Source: Squalus acanthias
Taxonomy: Eukaryota
Assembly (NCBI GenBank): GCA_030390025.1
Contig: JASTWF010000348.1
Span: forward strand, 485,842-505,841
Reading direction: 5' to 3'
DNA length: 20,000 nucleotides
Shown here: piece by piece, positions 13,501 to 20,000 of the stretch
Numbering within the stretch: position 1 is the stretch's first letter
How the letters are laid out: the number at the start of each line of letters is the position of its first letter
Program-made: the position numbers and the translations under genes
The notes under the pieces: model-generated
Told to the model about the DNA's origin: nothing
Databases searched by the model: none
The model's input: only the letters and a program-made list of their open reading frames with translations

Positions 13501-14649
13501 ACACTAACTGACCAATCCCAGGACACTAACTGACCAATCCCAGGACACTAACTGACCAATCCCAGGACACTAACTGACCAATCCCAGGACACTAACTGAC
13601 CAATCCCAGGACACTAACTGACCAATCCCAGGACACTAACTGACCAATCCCAGGACACTAACTGACCAACCCCAGGACACTAACTGACCAATCCCAGGAC
13701 ACTAACTGACCAATCCCAGGACACTAACTGGCCAACCCCAGGACACCAACTGACCAATCCCAGGACACTAACTGACCAATCCCAGGACACTAACTGACCA
13801 ATCCCAGGACACTAACTGACCAATCCCAGGACACTAACTGGCCAACCCCAGGACACTAACTGACCAACCCAGGACACTAACTGACCAATCCCAGGACACT
13901 AACTGGCCAACCCCAGGACACTAACTGACCAATCCCAGGACACTAACTGACCAATCCCAGGACACTAACTGACCAATCCCAGGACACTAACTGACCAATC
14001 CCAGGACACTAACTGGCCAACCCCAGGACACTAACTGACCAATCCCAGGACACTAACTGACCAATCCCAGGACACTAACTGACCAATCCCAGGACACTAA
14101 CTGACCAATCCCAGGACACTAACTGGCCAACCCCAGGACACTAACTGACCAATCCCAGGACACTAACTGACCAATCCCAGAACACTAACTGACCAATCCC
14201 AGGACACTAACTGGCCAACCCCAGGACACTAACTGACCAACCCCAGGACACTAACTGACCAATCCCAGGACACTAACTGGCCAACCCCAGGACACTAACT
14301 GACCAACCCCAGGACACTAACTGACCAATCCCAGAACACTAACTGACCAATCGCAGAACACTAACTGACCAATCCCAGTACGGTAACTGACCAATCCCCG
14401 GGGCACTGACCAATCCCGGGACGGTAACTGACCAATCCCCGGGGCACTGACCAATCCCAGGACACTAACTGACCAATCCCAGGACGGTAACTGACCAATC
14501 CCCGGGGCACTGACCAATCCCAGGACACTAACTGACCAATCCCGGGACGGTAACTGACCAATCCCCGGGGCACTGACCAATCCCAGGACACTAACTGACC
14601 AATCCCAGGACGGTAACTGACCAATCCCCGGGGCACTGACCAATCCCAG
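1551..14649. repeat. ~13.1 kb tandem array of a 22-bp unit CCAATCCCAGGACACTAACTGA (~600 copies)
   Basis: The period of 22 is read directly (CTAACTGACC at 1561 and 1583). Recurrent 23-bp (+C) and 19-bp (CCAATCCCCAGAGCACTGA, CCAATCCCTGGGGCACTGA) variants occur. Copy number is estimated from length. Confidence 0.99.
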
Positions 14650-14786
14650 TGTGGTGATGTCCACTCCGCAGGTTGCTGTATTCCAGGAACTCCTATCTGT
14701 TCTCCTCCGCACAAAGCTCTTTGACCAGGACTGAGGGGATTCGCTGGCCGTGGGCAGGGTGGACGCTCCGCAAATCCAGCACTCAC

Positions 14787-14992
14787 CTCCCTCCTGCTGC
14801 TCCAGGCTGGGCTGTCCTCGCAGGTCTTGGCTCTGGAGCTGACCGACCGGGCGTGTGTCCTGGTTCAGGAGACAGCACTCTCCCAGGAGCTCTGCAATCT
14901 CTTTAATCCACTTCCCTTGACTGTCGAGCGACTCGGACTCCTCCTTCCCCTTTAACAGGACACTGCTGCCACCTCCAGGCTTATCGCAGCAT
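14787..14992 (-). CDS. Candidate internal coding exon of an unidentified host gene (ends in phase 1)
   Basis: Consensus-quality donor GGAG|GTGAGT at 14787/14786. One frame is stop-free across the whole unique segment: CCDKPGGGSSVLLKGKEESESLDSQGKWIKEIAELLGECCLLNQDTRPVGQLQSQDLRGQPSLEQQEG; the other two frames have stops. The acceptor is uncertain (TACAG|A at 14993/14992, TTAAAG|G at 14951/14950, or one inside the 67-bp repeat). Confidence 0.35.
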
Positions 14993-14993
14993 C

Positions 14994-15917
14994 TGTACCT
15001 GCCCTGGGAGTGTTTGATGGGACAGTGTAGAGGGAGCTTTACTCTGTATCTAACCCGTGCTGTACCTGCCCTGGGAGTGTTTGATGGGACAGTGTACAGG
15101 GAGCTTTACTCTGTATCTAACCCGTGCTGTACCTGCCCTGGGAGTGTTTGATGGGACAGTGTAGAGGGAGCTTTACTCTGTATCTAACCGGTGCTGTACC
15201 TGCCCTGGGAGTGTTTGATGTGACAGTGTAGAGGGAGCTTTACTCTGTATGTAACCCGTGCTGTACCTGCCCTGGGAGTGTTTGATGGGATAGTGTAGAG
15301 GGAGCTTTACTCTCTATCTAACCCGTGCTGTACCTGCCCTGGGAGTGTTTGATGGGACAGTGTAGAGGGAGCTTTACTCTGTATCTAACCCGTGCTGTAC
15401 CTGCCCCGGGAGTGTTTGATGGGGCAGTGTAGAGGGAGCTTTACTCTGTATCTAACCCGTGCTGTACCTGCCCTGGGAGTGTTTGATGGGACAGTGTAGA
15501 GGGAGCTTTACTCTGTATCTAACCTGTACTGTACCTGCCCTGGGAGTGTTTGATGTGACAGTGTAGAGGGAGCTTTACTCTGTATCTAACCCGTGCTGTA
15601 CCTGCCCTGGGAGTGTTTGATGGGACAGTGTAGAGGGAGCTTTACTCTGTATCTAACCGTGCTGTACCTGCCCTGGGAGTGTTTGATGGGACAGTGTAGA
15701 GGGAGCTTTACTCTGTATCTAACCCGTGCTGTACCTGCCCTGGGAGTGTTTGATGGGACAGTGTAGAGGGAGCTTTACTCTGTATCTAACCTGTGCTGTA
15801 CCTGCCCTGGGAGTGTTTGATGGGACAGTGTAGAGGGAGCTTTACTCTGTATCTAACCCGTGCTGTACCTGCCCTGGGAGTGTTTGATGGGACAGTGTAG
15901 AGGGTGTTTTACTCTGT
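14994..15917. repeat. 67-bp tandem repeat, ~13.8 copies (TGTACCTGCCCTGGGAGTGTTTGATGGGACAGTGTAGAGGGAGCTTTACTCTGTATCTAACCCGTGC)
   Basis: Units start at 14994, 15061, 15128, 15195, 15262, 15329, 15396, 15463, 15530, 15597, 15663, 15730, 15797 and 15864. They differ by only a few substitutions and one 1-bp deletion. Confidence 0.97.
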
Positions 15918-15965
15918 CCCATCAAACACTCCCAGGGCAGGTACAGCACGGGTTAGATACAGAGT
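15844..15965. repeat. Perfect 52-bp inverted repeat with an 18-nt spacer (fold-back end of the 67-bp array)
   Basis: 15914-15965 is the exact reverse complement of 15844-15895. Confidence 0.95.
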
Positions 15966-16017
15966 GACCCCCAGGATGTTGATGGTGAGGTGATTCGGCG
16001 ATGGTGACGCTGTTGAA
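15964..16017 (-). mobile_element. ~50-bp fragment of a CR1/L2-group LINE RT
   Basis: The minus strand reads FNSVTIAESP/TINILGVT (one indel), resembling the late RT xxLGV motif region of non-LTR elements. Confidence 0.5.
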
Positions 16018-16191
16018 GGCGAATAGCACAGATGCATTTCAGGGAAAGCTAGATAAGTACGGAAGGGAGAAAGGGATAGAAGGATATGTTGATGGGGTGC
16101 GATGAAGAGGTGTGGGGAGGAGGCTCGAGTGGAGCATAAACACCGGCACGGACCAGTTGGGCCGAATGTCCTGTTTCTGCCTGTAAATACT
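16012..16191 (+). mobile_element. CR1 LINE 3'-end fragment
   Basis: 16019-16105 translates to ANSTDAFQGKLDKYGREKGIEGYVDGVR* (CR1 ORF2 C-terminus, FKxxLD motif). It is followed by a CR1-type 3'UTR, TTGGGCCGAATGTCCTGTTTCTGCCTGTA. Confidence 0.8.
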
Positions 16192-16203
16192 TAACTTTGC
16201 AAC

Positions 16204-16309
16204 TGCAACAGTGACCACACTTCAAAAAGTACTTCATTGTCTGTAAAGCGCTTTGGGGATGTCCTGAGGCTGCTGAAAGGCGCAGTCGAACGGCAAGTCG
16301 TTCTTTCTT
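16204..16309 (+). mobile_element. 3' tail fragment of the same DeuSINE family
   Basis: Aligns by eye with 443-538 (CACTTCAAAAAGTAC...CTGTAAA...GTCCTGAGG...TGAAAGGCGC) and ends in TTCTTTCTT. Confidence 0.75.
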
Positions 16310-16386
16310 GGTTGAGTTTCGAGATTTGAGTTTTGACGGCCCACTTCCCCGAGGAGCAAAGAGGCTCGATGCCCGATTCCATTCCC

Positions 16387-16555
16387 GTCACGTGTGAGGG
16401 AACAGGCGAAGGAGGAGCCAGGAAATAAAGCCCGAGGCTCGAGGCCCAGACCGAGCTCTTAGGAGCAGCAGCTAGCGCGGACCTCAACGGGCAACATTCG
16501 AAAGTGACGTCAGAGCTTGAAAGTGACGTCGGCACAAGGGAAGGATCTGATTGGT
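16387..16555 (+). promoter_or_regulatory. Putative internal Pol II promoter motifs of the CR1 5'UTR
   Basis: GTCACGTG E-box (16387-16394), full CRE TGACGTCA (16505-16512), near-CRE TGACGTCG (16524-16531) and inverted CCAAT/Y-box CTGATTGGT (16547-16555), in a CpG-rich context. Confidence 0.5.
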
Positions 16556-16668
16556 AAGTAGGTCCTGGTGAGTATTTCTACAGCCCAGTCGTTAAAGTAA
16601 AAGTAAGGTCTCTAGTTTAGAGTAAGTCGTGTTTAAAGTGAAGTAAGGTCCCTGGCGTATTTAATATT

Positions 16669-17059
16669 ACAAAAAAAGAAAATACTGCAGATGCTGGAAA
16701 TCTGAGATAAAAACAGAAAATGCTGGAGATGCTCAGCAGGTCAGGCAGCATCTGTGAAGAGAGAAACAGAGTTAACGTTTCAGGCCGATGACCTTTCGTC
16801 AGAACTGGAAAAAAGCAGGAAATGGAACAGATTTTTAAGCAAGTGTAGGGGCTGGGAAATGGGGGAGGGGATGAAAGAACAAAAGGGAAGGTCTGTGATA
16901 GGATAGAAAGCAGGAGAGATTAAGAGACATTGAGAGACATTGAGAGATATTCAAGGCAAAAGGAGGTGGTAATGGGACAGGTTAAGGAACAAAGGATGGC
17001 TCGAGATGAAGTGTAAATTGCGCTGGCAGAATGAAAGACAGCTGCCATGTGGGAGAGAA
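16669..17059 (-). mobile_element. Penelope-like element terminal (pLTR/3') fragment, 391 bp, with a 12-bp target-site duplication
   Basis: Exact direct repeat GTATTTAATATT at 16657-16668 and 17060-17071. Contains a minimal hammerhead motif. The minus strand is pyrimidine-rich with a T-rich end. Confidence 0.75.
16770..16806 (-). ncRNA. Minimal type I hammerhead ribozyme motif
   Basis: Minus-strand RNA: AGUU-CUGACGA-A-AGGUC(AUC)GGCCU-GAAA-C-GUU-AACU. It has the conserved cores CUGANGA and GAAA, a 5-bp stem II, a 4-bp stem I and a palindromic ACGU in place of stem III. Confidence 0.72.
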
Positions 17060-17114
17060 GTATTTAATATTCTTTAATTTAAAGGAAGTAAAGGGAGTAA
17101 ATTAAGGGTAGGAC

Positions 17115-18065
17115 ATGGCAGGGCAGCTCAGCTGCATGGAGTGCTCCTCCTGTGCTATGTGGGAAGTCAGGGACACTTTCGGTGTCCAGGGCGAACATGT
17201 GTGCAGGAAGTGTCTCCAGCTGCAGCTACTCAAAATCCACGTTTCGGAGCTGGAGCTGCGGCTGGAGTCACTGTGGAGCATCCGCGAGGCTGAGATCTTC
17301 GTGGATAGCACGTTTAATGAGGTGGTCACACCGCAGGTAAAGAATGCACAGGCAGACAGGGAATGGGTGTCCGCCAGACAGAGTAAAAGAACTAGGAAGG
17401 TAGTGCAGGTGTCCCCTGGGTCCAACTCCCTCTCCGACGGATTTTCCGTTTTGGATACTGCTGGGGGAGATGGTTTCTCAGGGGAATGCAGCAAGAGCCA
17501 AGTCCGTGGCACTACGAGTGGCTCAGCTGCACAGGAGGGGAGGAAAAAGAGTGGGAGAGCAATAGTGATAGGGGATTCTATCGTAAGGGGAATGGATAGA
17601 TGTTTCTGTGGCCGCAGACGTGACTCCAGGATGGTATGTTGCCTCCCTGGTGCCAGGGTCAAGGATATCACTGAGCAGCTGCAGGACATTCTGAAGGGGT
17701 AGGGTGAACAGCCAGAGGTCGTGGTTCATATCGGTACCAACGATATAGGTAGAAAGAGGGATGAGGTCCTGCAAGCAGAATATAGGGAGCTAGGAAATAA
17801 ATTAAAAAGCAGGACCTCAAAGGTAGTAATCTCAGGATTACTCCCAGTGCCACGTGCTAGCAAGAGCAGAAATAGGAGAATAGACCAGATGAATGCATGG
17901 CTGGAGAGATGGTGTAGGAGGGAGGGATTTAAATTCCTGAGGCATTGGGACTGATTCTGGGGAAGGTGGGACCTGTACAAGCTGGACGGGTTACACCTCG
18001 GCAGAACCGGGACCAACATCCTCGCAGTGGGGTTTGCTAGTGCTGTTGGGAAGGATTTAAACTAG
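17115..18065 (+). pseudogene. CR1 ORF1 (zinc finger, coiled coil, SGNH/GDSL esterase), disrupted
   Basis: CSSC...CRKC cysteine pairs, LELRLESL heptads and esterase blocks IGDS, CLPGA, HIGTND and DGLH. All lie in one frame of 316 codons, with premature stops at 17700-17702 and 17952-17954 and a terminal TAG at 18063-18065. Confidence 0.93.
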
Positions 18066-18156
18066 TTTGTCAGGGGGCTGGGAACATAAGTGTGGGCCCA
18101 GAGCGGAGAGAAATAAAGCTGGAAGTGCAAGTTAGAAAAGTAGTCAGCAAAACTAG

Positions 18157-20000
18157 TACTGTAGGGAGCAGAAACAAAGGCCAACAGTAAAGAGGGTCAA
18201 AGTGCAGAAAAATATTAAACAGGCAAAGTTGAAGGCACTTTATCTAAATGCATGTAGCATTCGCAACAAGGTGGATGAATTAATTGCCATTACAGAGGCA
18301 TGGTTGCAGGGTAACCAAAGCTGGGATCTGAATGTTCCAGGGTACTCAACATTTAGGAAGGACAGACAAAAAGGAAAAGGAGGTGGCGTAGCACTGCTAA
18401 TAAGGGATGAGATCGGTACGGTAGAGATAAAAGATCTTGGCTTGGCAGATCGTGATGTAGAACTGGAATCAGTTTGGGTGGAGCTAAGAAACAGCAAAGG
18501 GCGGAAAACATTGGTGGGAGTTGTGTGTAGGCCACCAAACAGTAGTGGGAATGTAGGGTACAGTATCAATCAAGACATTAGAAGTGCATGTAACAAGGGC
18601 AATACGGTAATCATGGGGGACTTTAATCTACATATTGACTGGGCAAATCAAATTACCACTAATGGTGTGGAGGACGAATTCTTGGAATTCATGCGAGATG
18701 GTTTCCTGGATCAGTATGTGGAGGAACCAACCAGGGAACAAGCTATTCTGGATCTGGTACTGTGTAATGAGAAAGGGCTAATCAATAATCTTGTGGTAAA
18801 GGGGCCTTTAGGGACAAGTGGACCATAATATGATTGAATTTTACATTAAGTTTGAGAGTGATGTAGTCCAATCTGAAACTAAGGTCTTCAATCTAAACAG
18901 AGGAAACTACAACGGTATGAGGGACAAGTTGGCCATGGCAGATTGGGAGACTACACTAAAAGGTATGAAGATGGACATACAATGGCTAACATTCAAGGAA
19001 ATAATGCATAATTTGCAACAAACATATATTCCTCTAGGGTATAAAAACCCAAAAGGAAAAGTGATCCAACCATGGCTAACAAAAGAAATTAAAGCTAGTA
19101 TTAAGTCAAAGGAGGAAGCTTATAAAGTTGCCAGAAAAAGCGGCCAGCCTGAGGATTGGGATCTTTTTAGAAATCAGCAAAGGGGGACCAAGAAATTGAT
19201 AAAGAAAGGGAAAATGGAATATGAGCACAAACTAGCGAAAAATATAAAAACGGATTGTAAAAGCTTCTATAGGTATGTGAAAAGGGAAAGACTGGCGAAG
19301 GTAAATGTAGGTCCTTTACAGTCAGAGACGGGAGAATTTATAATGGGGAATGAGGAAATGGCTGAGAAATTAAATAAATACTTTGTTTCTGTCTTCACGG
19401 AGGAAGACACAAAAAACCTCCCAGAAATACGAGAAAACCAAGGGTGTGATGAGAATGAGGAACTTATTATTAGTAAAAAAACAGTACTAGCAAAACTAAA
19501 AGTCGATAAATCCCAAGGACCGGATGACCTACGTCCTAGGGTTTTGAAAGAGGTAGCCATTGGGATAGTGGACGCATTGGTTGTCATCTTCCAAAATTCT
19601 ATAGATTCTGGAATGGTTCCTGCAGATTGGAGGATAGCAAATGTAATCCCGCTATTTAAAAAAGGAGGGAGAGAAAAAATGGGGAACTACAGACCTGTTA
19701 GCCTCACATCAGTAGTTGGGAAAATGCTGGAATCTATTACAAAGGATGCAATAACTGGGCACTTAGAAACTAATAGTAAGATTGGGCAGAGTCAACATGG
19801 ATTTATGAAAGGGAAATCCTGTTTGACAAACCTATTGGAGTTCTTTGAGGATGTAAGTAGTGGAGTAGACAAAGGGGAACTGGTAGATGTGGTGTATCTG
19901 GATTTTCAGAAGGCCTTCGATAAGGTCCCACACAAGAGGTTGGTGAACAAAATTAGGGCACATGGAATTGTGGGTAACATACTAGCATGGATTTGAGAAT
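18157..20000 (+). pseudogene. CR1 ORF2 (APE endonuclease + reverse transcriptase), disrupted
   Basis: APE motifs YLNACS, ITEAW, GGGVAL, MGDFN, LDL and SDH (split by a 1-nt insertion at ~18820). RT motifs NYRPVSLTS, QHGF and YLDFQKAFDKVPH. A second apparent frameshift at ~19993 gives TGA. Confidence 0.95.

Larger units (their letters stand above)
16330..20000 (+). mobile_element. Decayed CR1-clade LINE retaining its 5'UTR, ORF1 and ORF2 (continues beyond the window)
   Basis: GC-rich 5'UTR, then a zinc-finger plus SGNH-esterase ORF1, then an APE endonuclease plus RT ORF2. The 5' boundary is approximate. Confidence 0.95.

Noticed and set aside
1551..14649. CRISPR array
   Set aside because: Units are head-to-tail with no unique spacers, there are no cas genes, and the context is vertebrate retroelements.
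1551..14649. Telomeric or strong G-quadruplex repeat
   Set aside because: No TTAGGG, and only one GGG run per 22 bp on the G-rich strand.
14673..14990. Plus-strand ORF 14673-14906 and acceptor-like CCCCTTTAACAG at 14958
   Set aside because: No matching donor or recognisable product; the pyrimidine richness is explained as the complement of a purine-rich minus-strand frame.
14994..15917. Hammerhead-containing satellite (retrozyme-like)
   Set aside because: No CUGANGA/GAAA core on either strand of the 67-bp unit.
16915..16951. Short GAGACATTGAG-type tandem duplication
   Set aside because: Ordinary local slippage inside the Penelope-like fragment.
17102..19587. Antisense ORFs over CR1 ORF1 and ORF2
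   Set aside because: Shadow frames of LINE coding sequence with no independent motifs.

Overview
Eukaryotic, repeat-dominated window, most likely from a cartilaginous fish (inferred from the SacSINE1-like DeuSINE, the CR1 LINE types and the Penelope-like fragment). It contains no intact protein-coding gene. From left to right: the 3' end of an RTE-clade LINE abutting a tRNA-derived DeuSINE (1-540); a short unique stretch; an internally deleted antisense CR1 fragment inserted into the left edge of a ~13.1 kb array of a 22-bp unit (CCAATCCCAGGACACTAACTGA, ~600 copies) with ~0.9-1.2 kb higher-order blocks; ~340 bp of unique sequence; a 67-bp tandem repeat ending in a perfect 52-bp fold-back; a patchwork of short retroelement fragments; and a decayed CR1 LINE (5'UTR, zinc-finger/esterase ORF1, APE-RT ORF2) running off the right edge. 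The most notable observations are a minimal hammerhead ribozyme inside a TSD-flanked Penelope-like insertion in the CR1 5'UTR, an in-phase U_UUA_AAC slippery site at the ORF1/ORF2 junction, and a fold-back starting exactly at the internal hairpin of the 67-bp unit. Two phase-compatible candidate minus-strand exons flank the giant array. Family names come from motif recognition, not database searches.
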